Shown in pieces: positions 48,911 to 61,577 of a stretch of DNA of 64,000 bases. How positions within the stretch are numbered: position 1 is the first letter of the stretch; each line of letters starts with the position of its first letter. Below the pieces are notes generated by a model. That model did no database searches, was not told where the DNA came from, and was given only the letters and a program-made list of their open reading frames with translations. The DNA is from Felis catus. Its lineage: Eukaryota. The stretch spans positions 26,042,001 through 26,106,000 of the forward strand of contig NC_058369.1 in assembly GCF_018350175.1 (NCBI RefSeq), given 5' to 3'. The translations under genes were made by a program, and so were the position numbers.

Positions 48911-49809
48911 TTTTTATCAGTAGGAGGGCCAAGTGTCATTTTGGGCAACAGAGCCACACATCAGGCCACATGGGTAGAGCCTTAAGATTTTATCTTTGTC
49001 CTGTGGTGAGACCGAGGGCAGGGGCAGTTTTCTTTCTCTCTTGTGTGGCCACATTGCTTCATTTTTGCCTAGTGAACCAAAGTACAGAGAACACTTCATC
49101 TTCTAGTTTCTAAAAGGATTGAGAGTGTTTTTGTTTTGTTTTGTTTTTTAATTTTATCTTTTGGACGTTGGCCAGATTGCAGTTACCAGCCGGTTGGCAC
49201 TTGCAGATCTTACTCACTGAGACCCATTCACTGAAAGGATAGAGGGCTGGAGTGAGGCAAACTTACAGCCACAAACAGATCTTTGTGGTGGGCTTGCTTG
49301 CGGGGTTAGGTATGTTGAAAGCATGCATCCGTGAGCTAAGCAGAAACCTCTCTTAACACCCATGTTCTGAGTAAAGTATTCACTGCAGAGCAAGCCTTAA
49401 GCGCCCTTGTGAGGAGTCTGGGGGAATGATTGTGTCCTTACAGTTAGCACAGCTGTGAGAGAGTTCACAGAGGCTGGGTGGGGTTCAGCCTCCTGACCAA
49501 CCATGGTTATTAGCCAAGGTGGGCCAACCCAAGCCCAGCCTTGGGTAAGTAGCAGAGTAAATGATTTCTCAAGCTGTTGGAATCAGATGGACTAGGTATT
49601 TGTGCATATCTTAAGTCCATATTTATGCATTAAGTGACCTGATCATTACATACATTCTAAGCGAAAGAAGAATGTAGAACATAAAAATTGAAAACCCTGC
49701 TTCCCAACTGCTAATCCCATTCTTTCCTTCAAAGTCCGAGGTATTTCTTTCCTGCCTTTTTTCTGTGCCGAAATGAATTCCAACTATGTAGCTTCTTCAG
49801 TTTGCATTT

Positions 49810-50040
49810 CTTTTCTTTTTTTAAAATTGTTTTGAAGCTTATTCATTTTTGAGAGACAGAGTGTGAGTCAGGGAGGGGCAGAGAGAGAGAGAGAGAGAGA
49901 GGAAGACACAGAATTCAAAGCAGGCTCCAGGCTCTGAGCTGTGAGCACAGAGCCTGACAGGGGGCTCAAACTCATGAATGGTGAGATCATGACCAGAGCC
50001 AAAGTTGGACACTTAGCCAACTGAGCCACCAAAGCACCCC
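49810..50040 (-). mobile_element. CanSINE (no clear TSD)
   Basis: Reverse body ending gccaccaaagcacccc. Confidence 0.88.
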
Positions 50041-50325
50041 TTAATATCATCGGAAGCCCAAAACATAATGAGCAATAGCAGTTGATAGATCTTACAAATA
50101 TTTTTAAAATATTGAGCAGGCTGCCAGAACCCAAGGCAGAAAATAGCAAAGTGGAATGACTTTGGGGTTAATAAATACAATCTTCTTTTTAAAGGTGTAT
50201 GACAGAATATTAGCAAATAGTTAGCAATATATGATAATAATTATTCAGCATGATCAAGCAGAGTTTGTTCCAGGGATGCAAGGCTGGCACACTATTAGAA
50301 AATCAGTCAAAACAATCTACTACCA

Positions 50326-50553
50326 GGGCACCTGGGTGGCTCAGATGGTTAAGCATCTGACTCTTGATTTTAGCTCAGGTCATGATCTCACGGTTCGTGA
50401 GATCAAGCCCTGAGTTGGGCTCTGCGCTGACATCACAGAGCCTGCTTGGGATTCTGTCTCTCCCTCTCTCTCCATCACTCCCTCTGTTCAAGCAGGTGCA
50501 TGCACGCGTGCTTTCTCCCTCTCTCTCTCAAAATAAATAAACATCAAATAAAA
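50326..50553 (+). mobile_element. CanSINE
   Basis: Perfect TSD aatctactacca (50314-50325, 50554-50565). Confidence 0.93.
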
Positions 50554-50664
50554 AATCTACTACCATAACAGGCCATAAAGAAGGAAAATCACAGGGCCAC
50601 ATCAATTGATACAGAAAAAGCATTTGACAACATTCAACAGGCATCCATGATAAGAACTCAGAAA

Positions 50665-50743
50665 GGAGTGCCTGGGTGTCTCAGTTGAGTGTCTGACTCA
50701 GGTCATGATCTCAGCCGGGATCCAGCCCTGTCAGGCGCTGTGC
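50665..50743 (+). mobile_element. CanSINE 5' half, 3'-truncated by a deletion
   Basis: ggagtgcctgggtgtctcagttgagtgtctgactcaggtcatgatctca; abuts a distant downstream part of the L1. Confidence 0.75.
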
Positions 50744-51023
50744 CTTCCCATAAAAGGGAAAATATAATATGTTGGACTTCACCAAAATTAAGAACATAAA
50801 AAATGTCATGAAGTGTGGTCTGTGCCTTGAAGTCTTGGCATGGCACATGAAGATTGGACTGTGTTGCTGAAGCTTTCTTACAGTGAAGGCACACTCCTGG
50901 ATGACTCCACTCTCTTGCAAGACAAGTGCCCTTAGCCTCCACCCTGCAGGCCACCTAAGACACCATCTCAAACAGAACTCAAAATGCTGTGGAGACAATG
51001 ATTAGACTTTACTTTTAAAAACT

Positions 51024-51099
51024 ATTTATTTATTATTTTGATTATTTTATTTTATAATTTTATTTTATTATTTCCTAGAGAAAGAGAGAGTGAACAAGG

Positions 51100-51147
<48 letters not shown>

Positions 51148-51306
51148 CCCATGCAGGCTCTGCACTGTTAGCACAGAGCCTGAAGCGGAGCTTGAGCTCA
51201 CCCAAAGTGGGGCTTGAGCTCACTTGATGTGGGGCTTGTACTCATGAACTATCAAATTATGACCTGTTCCAAAGTCAGATACTTAACTGAGCCACACAGG
51301 TGCCCC
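51024..51306 (-). mobile_element. CanSINE with a 3 x 22-nt internal repeat and (AG)n
   Basis: TSD actt(t)taaaaact. Confidence 0.9.
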
Positions 51307-52777
51307 ACTTTAAAAACTTTTTAGAACAATTTAAAACTTTTTGTAGTTAAGAGAACAAGAAAACAAACTTAAGGCCAGGAGAAAATATTTGGGAGCCACA
51401 TATCCAACAAAGACCTAGTATCTAGAATAAAGAAGGAACTCTCAAAACTCAGTCATGAAAAGAATCCAATTATGAAATGGACGAAAGATGTGAACAGACA
51501 TTTCACTGAAGGGTGTGTACAAATGGGAAAGAAGCACATGAAAAGATGGTCAGTATCATTGGCCATAAGAGAAATGCAAACTAAAACCATTACACAGCTA
51601 TCAAAATGGCTAAAATAGAAAGTAATGATAACTTTCTCTGCTGGCAAAGATGCAGAGAAAGCAGATCTAGAGCACTCATCCATTGCTGGTGGGAATGTAA
51701 AATGGTGCAACCACTCTAGAACACAGTGGGGGCAGTTTCTTAAAAAGAACTAAACTTGTAACTACTATACAACCCAGCAATTGCACTCCTTGGCATTTAT
51801 CCCAGAGGAATGAAAGCCTATGTTCATATACAACCCTGTACACTAATGTTTATAGCAGTTTTATCAGCAACAGACAACTGGAAACAACCCAAATGTCCTT
51901 CAGTGGGTAGATGGTTAAACAAATGGTGGTACATTCATATCATGGAATATAACTCAGCAATAAAAGAACAAACTATTGATACAGGCACCAACCTGGATGA
52001 ATCTACAGAAAATCATGCTTAGTAGAAAAAGCCAACCCCAAAAGGTTACATGATATGTGATTCCATTTATATAACATTCTAGAAATGATAAAATTATAGA
52101 GATAGAGAACAGATTAGTGGTTGTTAGGGTGGGAAGAGGGTGGGGTGGGAAGGGAGTGGGTATGGCGATGAGAGGGCAGCAACATGAAGGATCCCTGTGG
52201 GGATGGAAATGTTCTCTGTCTTGACTGTGTCAAGCTCAGGACTCTTGTGATACTGTAGTAGAGTTTTGTACGATGTAACATTTGGGGAACTGGATAAAGG
52301 TATTATTTCTTTCACCTGCAGGTGCGTATCTCAAATTATTTTGCTCAGTCATCTCAAAATAAATAGTTTGTTTAAAAAAATAATGATTGAATGCAATTTT
52401 TAAGCCTTTCAAGCAATACAGAATTGTCTTTAGTGAAAAATGAGCTCTTCTCCCATACCTCATTCCTCCTTCCCCCGTGTCACCTCCCTCAGGGCAAACC
52501 CCACTGGTAGTTACTATGTTCATTTTTCATAGTTGTAGAGACTTCTACTGAATTTCTCTCAATATTTCAGAATTGGAGATCACTTAAATAACAAGGACAA
52601 AATTAGGGCTTTTGACCTGTTTGATAATCCTTGTCACAGATGTTCTCATATGGTAGCTACAGGCTTGGGTCCCATCTCTCAGTTCCCCCAGAAGGAACAG
52701 AACAAGGGAACACTGTGGGTGATGGCCTATGTCAAAGCCCCCACCTAACTTGTAATGTGCTTCTGTAAACCTGACAG

Positions 52778-52896
52778 GAATCGAGCCTACTGGAAACATG
52801 GTAAAGCAGCCAGCCAAGTTCACTGTAGACACCATCAGTGCCGGGCAAGGAGACGTGATGGTGTTTGTTGAGGACCCAGAAGGGAACAAAGAGGAG
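52778..52896 (+). CDS. FLNB: FLNB exon 5 (119 nt): Ig repeat 1
   Basis: Acceptor ctgacag|GA; donor GAG|gtatgt; encodes (G)[39 protein letters not shown]. Confidence 0.97.
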
Positions 52897-53398
52897 GTAT
52901 GTTGGAAGACGCTGCCACTCCATGGAACCTTTGGGGCTGTGACAGGGCCAGGCACCATGCGTTCATTTTCTAAGAGGATCCTGTGGCTTAGAGCAGTCAG
53001 AATAATTGTCCCAGGACTATGCCTTGAAACGTAATAGAAATCAATACCCAAGGACACAGTGTTTAATAAAATAAGGGATACTTTGGATTTAGCAAAGGCC
53101 TTGTAAATTGAAGTTTCAGATGCTCAAGACCAGAATAACAACAATACTGATGCAGTACAATACAGCCACATACTGTTGCTTTACTCTCTTCTGAGACTGA
53201 CTATCCTTGGTTCCTACCTCAGGGCCTTTGCCCATACTGTTCCTTCTATTTATCTTCGTAACACTGGATTTTATTCCTGGTGCTTAGCACCATCTGAAAT
53301 TCTACACTTACTGGTATATTGTCTGTTTCTCCCACTGATGCAGGGACTGCCCCTGATTTTTGGTATCTGACACTAGGCCTGACATTTCATAAACTCTT

Positions 53399-53628
53399 TT
53401 TTTCTTTTTTTAATGTTTATTTATTTTTGAGAGAGAGAGACCAAGAGAAAGACAGACACGGAGTGTGGGGAGGGGAGGGTCAGAGAGAGAGGGAGACAGA
53501 ATCTAAAGCAGGCTCCAGGCTCCAAGCTGTCAGCACAGAGCCTGATGCGAAGCTTGAGCCCACAAACCAGGAGACCATGCCCTGAGCCAAAGTTGGATGC
53601 TTAACCAAATGAGCCACCCAGGCGCCCC
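53399..53628 (-). mobile_element. CanSINE
   Basis: Perfect TSD cataaactctt (53388-53398, 53629-53639). Confidence 0.93.
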
Positions 53629-53934
53629 CATAAACTCTTAATAATTACTGGACCAATAAAGGTTTAAGTTACTCACTTTATGGTCCCTCTCATCTAGTGA
53701 GTTCTAGCCCTGAGACAGTGGAGAGTTAGGACTTGGGTATACATTTGTGCTACATGACCTTGTTTCTGTGACTTTAGGTTGCTTCTTTCCTGGGGCATCC
53801 TTTAGAAGTGATGGTGCAGGAAATCGCCAGGACAGGGTCTTCACCTGGCACCTTGTGGCAGGGCCTTGGCTGGCATAGCATACTTTTACTGACACCCATC
53901 ACCTTCTCTAACTATTGCTCATTTTCTGTCCTAG

Positions 53935-54012
53935 GCACAAGTGACTCCAGACAGTGACAAGAACAAGACATACTCTGTGGAGTATTTGCCCAAGGTCACC
54001 GGGCTGCACAAA
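53935..54012 (+). CDS. FLNB: FLNB exon 6 (78 nt): Ig repeat 1
   Basis: Acceptor ttttctgtcctag|GC; donor AAA|gtaaga; encodes AQVTPDSDKNKTYSVEYLPKVTGLHK. Confidence 0.97.
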
Positions 54013-54746
54013 GTAAGATGAGGTGTTCTGGCTGTTGCTTTGACTGCTCTTCTGGGCTTGTTTCAATATGTGTCTCTTAGGAAGGTTGAATTCTACTAGG
54101 TTCTTTGCAATGTCTTAAGATTTTTTAAACTCCATCTGGGTGACAAGTGGTTGTAGCTGCATGCCTGGAGTATAGGTGCTAAGCTGTGGGCTCTTTATCT
54201 TTAATGCTTCCTTAAGTACTCCTCTTTGGGGTGCTCCAGAGCATCTATAAGTATTGGGGCCTAAGTGTGGAGAAGGCCAGTTGAATATAGTCAAAGCCAG
54301 TGTCCCAGTCATGCACCTGGAAAAATGCTGGGGGTCTGGTCCTCAGGTTCTTCATCTCAACAACATTTTGAGTTCTATTTGAGTGGGTGTCCAGTTGGCC
54401 TATAGGACAGGAGCCAAGGGAGCCTTGCAAGAGAGTAGGGTGACCCAAGAGTGTGCCTTTCCTTGAAAGAAAGCCTTCAACAGCACACATGGGCCTATCC
54501 CTGTGTACCATGCTAATATTTTGAGACCTGGACCATACTTACTACCTTGGTTGTTAGTGAATTCACCTGGAATCATGGCTATAGATTTTTCTTACACCTT
54601 TAGGATATCACAAATTTAGGAGAAAAAAAATCTTGAAGGGAGCATTTATGATGTAATTAATTCTGTCAATTAATGAATGAAACCCAATGAAACCCAACTC
54701 CATGCCCCTTCAAATTTAAAAGATGAGAGCTCCAACTCGAATTTTA

Positions 54747-54986
54747 TTTTATTTTTTATTTTTACTTAAAAAAATTTTTTTTAATGTTTATTTATTTTTT
54801 AGAGAAGAGAGAGACACAGAGCATGAGCAGGGAGGGGCAGAGAGAACGGAGACACAGAATCTGAAGCAGGCTTCAGGCTCTGAGCTGTCAGCACAGAGCC
54901 TGATTCGGGGCTCGAACCCACGAGCTGTGAGATCATGACCTGAGCTGAAGTCGGACACCCAACTGACTGAACCATCCAGGCGCCCC
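54747..54986 (-). mobile_element. CanSINE
   Basis: TSD caactc[g/a]aatttta. Confidence 0.93.
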
Positions 54987-55446
54987 CAACTCAAATTTTA
55001 AATGAAAATCTATACTGTATCTCAAATTTATGTATCTGAGAATGATTTTTGGTCCCATGAAAAATATTTTGACTCTGGGTTTGAAATCCTGGAACTATAC
55101 CTTGTACCACTAGGGGGGTCAGTGGCCCCTTCTGCAGCTGCCTTCAAGGGCCCCATGTCTACAGATTCAAGTATAAGTATTTGTTCATATCCTATTATAT
55201 TGGCTAGCCATAACTGATGTAAGCATTTTTAGTTTGCTGAAAGCATGATGTCCTAGGCCCAGCCTTGTGGCCAATGGAGCCAGGTGGGAGTCCCATTCAA
55301 GTTGCTTAACCAGGGCCTCTGGTTCCAGCCACCTTTGTATGTATAGTTAGGAGATGGAAGAGAAGATTGTTAATGCATGTGGCTTCATATGGTGGTCTCC
55401 CTGGGCAGGGAGAAGTGACTATATCTCATCTATCTGTCACCCGCAG

Positions 55447-55609
55447 GTTACAGTCCTCTTTGCAGGACAGCACATCTCCAAGAGCCCATTTGAAGTGAAT
55501 GTTGACAAGGCGCAGGGAGATGCCAGTAAAGTCACTGCCAAAGGCCCAGGCTTGGAAACTGCTGGAAACATCGCCAATAAGCCCACCTACTTTGACATCT
55601 ACACAGCAG
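55447..55609 (+). CDS. FLNB: FLNB exon 7 (163 nt): Ig repeats 1/2
   Basis: Acceptor cacccgcag|GT; donor CAG|gtattg; encodes [54 protein letters not shown](G). Confidence 0.97.
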
Positions 55610-55754
55610 GTATTGTGGACCAGGCTTTCTTCTGGAGCCTGAGATGATTCTCAGGAGCCCCAAAGGTTTGGGATGCCTGACCTTTTGTCTTTTCAAACAA
55701 CCAACAACAAAAGTGCCTTTTTCCAAGTGTGTTGGTTATGTTTATAGATTTTCC

Positions 55755-55977
55755 TAAAAAAATTTTTTTACATTTATTTATTTTTGAGAGACAGAGAGAG
55801 ACAGAGAGTGAGCAGAGGAGGGGCAGAGAGAGAGGGAGACACAGAATCTGAAGCAGGCTCCAGGCTCTGAGCAAGCTGTCCGCACAGGGCCCAATGTGGG
55901 GCTCGAATTCATGAACTATGAGATCATGACCTGAGCTGAAGTCGAACACTCAACCGACTGAGCCACCCAGGTGCCCC
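55755..55977 (-). mobile_element. CanSINE, about 145 nt downstream of exon 7
   Basis: Flanked by tttatagatttt. Confidence 0.92.
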
Positions 55978-56436
55978 ATGTATTTATAGATTTTACTAAA
56001 CCAGCTTTTCTTCTTTAAGATCTTACACTCAAGCTTGACTTTAGTTATTAATTATCAGGTAACTTCTGCACACATTTCTGACTGGAATAACCATTGCAAA
56101 GAAACTAAGTTTTGAGAATCATCTGCTAGACCAAATTCTATGCAAGGCCAGGGTGGGGGCTGGTGGGGAGGAATAAGGATAAGGTGGGGAGGATAAGACA
56201 CGATTCTTGGAACATCACTTTCTTTTCAGTGTAGAAAACTTAGAAAATATGGAATGGGAGAAAAGGAAAGTTTATGACCCTCCTCCCCCAACCAGATAAC
56301 AGTTGTTTGCGTCTTGGCGTGGACTTTGACCTTCAGAGTACCTGTCTCCTTCGGTCTCCATCTTGTACCTGAGCTCATCCACAGTGAGTGTTCTGACAAG
56401 GTGACCTGGGCTCACAGAATGCTTGTTCTCTCCTAG

Positions 56437-56634
56437 GTGCCGGTGTGGGTGACATTGGTGTTGAAGTGGAGGATCCCCAGGGGAAGAACACTGTGGAATT
56501 ACTGGTGGAAGACAAAGGAAACCAGGTGTATAGATGTGTGTACAAACCAGTACAGCCTGGCCCCCATGTGGTCAAGGTCTCCTTTGCTGGGGACACCATT
56601 CCCAAGAGTCCCTTCGTTGTACAGGTTGGGGAAG
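56437..56634 (+). CDS. FLNB: FLNB exon 8 (198 nt): Ig repeat 2
   Basis: Acceptor ttctctcctag|GT; donor AAG|gtgagt; encodes (G)AGVGDIGVEVEDPQGKNTVELLVEDKGNQVYRCVYKPVQPGPHVVKVSFAGDTIPKSPFVVQVGE(A). Confidence 0.97.
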
Positions 56635-57019
56635 GTGAGTGCTGGGGTGGCCAAATATATCTGCTTCTGGCATTGAGGCTGACGGTGTGCACAGCTGGGC
56701 TCCGAGGCCAGGGGTATAATGGGGGCCACACTGGACTCGCACCTGTCCCCTTTCTGCCAGGTCCCCTTTGGTGGGAAGTGGCTTGCTTTGTCCTCAAGAT
56801 ATTAATATGAACATCTTATTGTGAGCTGTGCGCTGACCTAAGTGCTTCGCTTGTATTAACGCATTCAGTCCTCCCCAAAACACTCGTGTCAGAGGCTCGT
56901 CACTGAGAGATGCAGGACTGAGGCCATTTGGGCAGTTGGTGTCTGTGGCTGAGGTTGGCACCTGTGGCACTGCTGGTGCCCTGTGGCCTCCACTGCTTGG
57001 CCTTTACTGGCCGTCAGGC

Positions 57020-57200
57020 ACTTAGCATGACTGCATCTAATCATCACACCAACCAGTGTGTTTCAGGTGCTAAAATTATCTCCAGTTTTCAGGTGGAGAC
57101 ACTGAGGTTTGGATAACATAAAGTATCAGTGAGTACGGACTAGGCATCAGTAGAAGTAGAACTCAGGTCTCTTTTGACCCCTTACCCATGCTGCTAAACC
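57020..57200 (-). mobile_element. MIR fragment
   Basis: attatctccagttttcaggtggagacactgaggtttgga. Confidence 0.65.
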
Positions 57201-59234
57201 CCTTCTGCAGCCAGAGCATGCTTTTTTCTCTAACGTCAGATCCCTTTCCTTCTGACTTTGTTGTTCTTTTGTTTTGTTTTGTTTTCCAACTCTGTTGCCT
57301 TTTCTAACCAATACTTGCCTTTCCCTGTTCTGTCCTCTGCATCTGCATCCATAGAACTGGCTTCTTCTCTGAATCCTACCTCTGGGTCAGCCTGGACCCC
57401 GAAGCTGTTGGCTTCCTAACTGAGAGCACTGGGCCAGAGGCATCTTGCTGGGTAAGGGCTGGTTGAATGGGACTTCCATGCCAGTTCCCTGTGCTACCTG
57501 CACACATTAGCTGGGCCTGTGCTGTTTGTGACCTCAAGACGTGACAGTGTGGGGGTCAATGTTACTTGTCTAGCTGGACCCCAAACCTGCTCTCTAGGTA
57601 CATTGAAACATGTCTAAGACATCTCAAAATGGTGGAGGACCTGGTGGTTTCTTTCAAACTCTTTAGCTCCATTTAGTGTTTATATGAACTGAGCAGTTAC
57701 CCTTTTGATGTTGAGACTATTACCCGTGTTCAGAATTTCCATGAGTGTTTGGTTGTTTTTTTTAAGACATATAAAAACCCTCCAAGGGAAGTCCTGTCAT
57801 CCTGTTGTGACTTATTTCTGGTATGACCGACTTTTCTCCTTTTGACAAAGGAAAAAAAACAAGACCGACATATTCATAAATAAAAGTCTCTTTGACATAT
57901 GCAGGAAAGAATTTTTAACAGCTTTCCTGTTCTAATATTGTTTTCTGATTCCCTCTCACTTGTGGACTACATTTTTCACCTTGCATATCCATCCATCACT
58001 TGTACTATTTAGTATTTAATTGATAGAGTTTTTCTTTTGATGTACTCACCTTTCCACTACTTAACTGATTTCATATAAAAAAAGAATCTTCATGCCATTT
58101 TCACAATGGAAAACCAGTGTCACTTGCCATAAAGTGTGGCCATAAAACTTACGTTCATCCGTGAACCAGCTAAAATAATCTCCAACTCCTAGGATATGAG
58201 TATATCTTTTCGGGAAGCAGTTGTTTGCCAAATAGCCAGCTGAGAACATTGCAAGGTGGAGGCGCCAGAGGAGGAATTCTCTTCCTTCTATGCAGTAAAG
58301 AGTTTCATCCTCTGGAGTCTATGATCTCACTTCTAGCATATAGAGAACTACCGAATGTGCAGTGTCAGATTTGGAAAGGAAAAACTACTTAATAAACAAC
58401 GTGACATTTTGCCCATTGCTTTCTCTTTTCTGTACATAAAAGAGTTGCCCAAGTTGGCAAAGAATTCCTAGGGTACAAGGATGCATTTTATCAACCATGG
58501 GACAGTAGTTTTGTGGGCCTGTCATGTAAGAAGTACCAGAAACTACCTTGGTCCTTAATTTTTAGACTTCTGACTTCAGGTTTTTTAAACCAGATCCAGA
58601 AATCAAATGGAGAGTGGCGTTTACTGCTAATTGTTGCATTTATAGCCACCCACATTCTGATTACCTGGTGACAGCACTAAAATATTTGTCTGCCATGGCC
58701 AGGGTGGGGTTGAATGGGTCTCTTTTTGAGCTGTCCTCTGGCTCTTCATGCGGAAGACGATCACATTTCGACTTTTAGAAATGGCTGATCTGAAGTTGGG
58801 AACGTGGTCAGATGTTTTCAAGTGCTACATTTTTCAAATAGACTTGAAAAAGTTTGGTCTTCCCAATTACTGGGCCCTTGAGTATGGCAATGAGATTTAA
58901 CTCTCCTTCACTACCAAGAGGATAAATGCCAGGATTCAGCGGGTTCCAGGAGCTCAGCAAATGCATGCTGTGCTTCTCCTTCTTTCTGTGCCAAAGTAAC
59001 TGCCCCCCCGCCCCCACGCCCCTACTGTCCCTCTGCGGTGTGGCTGGACAAAGTTATGTTGTGTCCTTATTTGCTAGCCTGGTGTGTTCCCTGAACGGGA
59101 CCCTTGGCCTCAGGCAACTGCTGCAGGCGCTCTGTGCAGAGCAAACATTTTCTTGGCGGGTGGCTCCAAGTTACCTTGGCTTGCTCAACTCTAGCGAATG
59201 AAAGGTTGAATTGATGTCAAAACTGTGTCTGCAG

Positions 59235-59372
59235 CCTGTAGTCCAAACGCCTGCCGGGCCAGTGGCCGAGGCCTGCAGCCCAAAGGCATCCGCATCCGGG
59301 AGACTGCAGACTTCAAGGTTGATACCAAAGCTGCTGGAAGCGGAGAACTCGGTGTGACTGTGAAGGGTCCTA
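59235..59372 (+). CDS. FLNB: FLNB exon 9 (138 nt): Ig repeat 3
   Basis: Acceptor tgtctgcag|CC; donor CTA|gtaagt; encodes (A)[45 protein letters not shown](K). Confidence 0.97.
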
Positions 59373-59639
59373 GTAAGTGCTGCTTTGTTTCCTCATCTCA
59401 GGTGTGACTTTGGCTGGCTTTGCAGCCATAGCATATGGATTTCATCCCACAGCTGGTTTTGATTGATCCCAGAGAGCTATGTCAAAGAGTTGAGGCACTC
59501 TGGGCTCCATGGGGATTGGTTGATTAGTTACGTCTACCCTGGATACAGGTGGGAACAGTGGTAGCTTGACCGCCTCACATATTAAGGCTTCTGGGAAAAG
59601 AAAAAGCAGTGATGCAATAGAGTTTGAGAAGTGCTCTCC

Positions 59640-59785
59640 TTGGAATGACAACCTGAAGTGGCTTATTTTTTATTTGAGGAAACCTAGGCTCGAGAGAAAG
59701 GGTCTTGCCCAAGGTCACACAGCTCATAAGCATCTGGGCTGGAAGTCAAGCACAGTCTCTAAAGCCAGTAATTTTCCCACTACAG
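59640..59785 (-). mobile_element. MIR fragment
   Basis: tgaggaaacctaggctcgagagaaagggtcttgcccaaggtcacacagct. Confidence 0.75.
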
Positions 59786-60899
59786 GTTACATTTTATAGA
59801 TGATGAAATTATGCCAAGTACCTAATTACTATGATCAGTGCTTATAGAAGGAGAATAAAATTCCCCTAAGATTAAGTTTTCTTTGTAGATAACTGCTGTT
59901 CATGGAGGGGTGGGTTGCACTCTGCAACTCATTCTTCCTCCCTTTTTGGGGAGGGAGACCGCAGACACAAGGTCAGGTGTCTGCTCTGCTTGTGTTTTCC
60001 CCTGCCGCAGATAAGCAGCTCTCCATTGCTGGCTGCAGGTGTAGCAGCCCTCAGTGGGAATGTGAACTTCCTATGCCAAGGTTTCTCCCACCCTCTGTGT
60101 TCCCAACAGGCTGGGGCAGGAGTGTTCTGAGCTCCAGGAGGTTAATATTTGATCTCAGAGCACCAAGCTGCGAGGAGGGCTGTGCTCTAAGGGTGGCCAA
60201 GGTTCTAGACTGCCCAGACCTGGAGCCAACCTACTCTGGGGCTGCCCTCCTTGCTGGCTTGTTGCTACAGGAGCCAAGGAGGCATTTTCTCTGACCTTGG
60301 ATTCTCGCTTGACTAAGTGGCTTTCCCAGCCAAACCTCAGGGCTCAACATAAAACAAGTTCCTACCTGATGGCTGAGTCTGGAGTTTGTGGTGCAGCATC
60401 TAAAACCTGTCCTCTTGTGGAGAGCATACAGGAACTTTCTCACTTTTGTCGTCCAGCTTTGAAAAAAGATGTGCGAGGGCAGTAATTTATGCCAGAAATT
60501 CATGCCAAATACTCCTAAGGGTTCTGTCCCTCCTCAGTTTTGTGAGAGGCTAAGACAGCTAGCTATGATCGTTAAGGAAAATTGAGATAGGACTAGATTT
60601 GTCTGAATATAGTCCCAGGAGGTCCAGGACCTTGTGGCCTTCTTTTAGCTCAGCGAGCCTACTAATGCCGTTTAGCTGGGAAGTCTTCCTGTTCCCCACA
60701 CTTTGAGGCAGAAATGCATCTATTTTTAGGCTTGGATTAATCTCCTAGGTTTTGAGGGTCTCACACTCTGAGGCAGCCCACTTCGTTTCCCTCTGTGGCT
60801 TATGTCTTATAGATATTGCTGTCTTTCTGCTCTCGTCTTTTGGATGCTTGTTCTGAGCCTGGAATTGCATTGGAAAGATGTTGTGCTTTCTTCCCACAG

Positions 60900-61026
60900 A
60901 GGGTCTGGAGGAGCTGGTGAAACAGAAAGGCTTTCTGGATGGAGTCTATGCATTTGAGTATTACCCCAGCACCCCGGGGAAATACAGCATTGCCATCACG
61001 TGGGGGGGACACCACATTCCAAAGAG
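60900..61026 (+). CDS. FLNB: FLNB exon 10 (127 nt): Ig repeat 3
   Basis: Acceptor ctttcttcccacag|AG; donor GAG|gtgagt; encodes (K)GLEELVKQKGFLDGVYAFEYYPSTPGKYSIAITWGGHHIPK(S). Confidence 0.97.
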
Positions 61027-61577
61027 GTGAGTCTCCAGCTGGAGTTGCGTCTTCTCTGGAGGCGTGCTCAGTCCAGGGAAAGAGATCTGCTTTGTTGAAA
61101 ACTTTTTTTTTTTTTCCTCATAGCAGCACACAGACATTTGGCCTGTTCTCAAAAACAGCAGAAAGTCACTGTGGTTTCGGCTGCCTTGCTTTAAATCAAA
61201 TGCTGGTGGTTTGGGGCTGGTGGAGGGCGGGGGGTGGGGGAAGCAGGGAAGTCAGAAGGAGCAGTAATAGAGAGCAAATGGGCTGTGTGTCTATATACCC
61301 TTATATAAACTAAGATTCTCTTTCTTTCAATGTGTGCCTCTGTTCAGGAATGCCATGGGGGTAAAGTCTGCCATGGTTTACATTAAAATTCTCTACGTGA
61401 GTGCAGTCACGAGCCAAGGGACGCAGACTCCAGCTTTGTCTTGTGGGCATCACAATTACCCTCCCCTGTTCATGTGTTTTCCAGCTTTCCTGGGGGCAAC
61501 TTTAAACTCTGAATAAATTCCATTTACCTTGAGAAATATCTGGGCATTACAGGGTTCTGAGAATCTAAGCAAACTTT

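Larger units (their letters stand above)
50200..52375 (+). mobile_element. Fragmented L1MC1-like element (RT-domain piece, ORF2 3' part, 3'UTR) with nested SINEs
   Basis: IIQHDQAEFVPGMQGW..IRKS and attgatacagaaaaagcatttgacaa (DAEKAFD motif); 3' end ggaaatgttctctgtcttgactgt..gatgtaacatttggggaactgg. Confidence 0.85.

Noticed and set aside
46792..49113. ORFs such as 46792-47271 and 48619-49113, and the recurring MAQSVKRLTSAQVMIS peptides across the window
   Set aside because: Translations of CanSINE or L1 sequence, not a gene family.
50830..50900. C2H2-zinc-finger-like peptide CLHCKKASATQSNLHVP on the minus strand
   Set aside because: The F and both H positions are S (tca), P (cca) and F (ttc), each two substitutions away; no TGEKP linker or second finger. 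Likely chance.
39496..56797. Minus-strand ORFs overlapping exons (39496-39849, 44970-45176, 52584-53057, 56375-56797)
   Set aside because: Antisense shadows of FLNB coding exons; no independent evidence.
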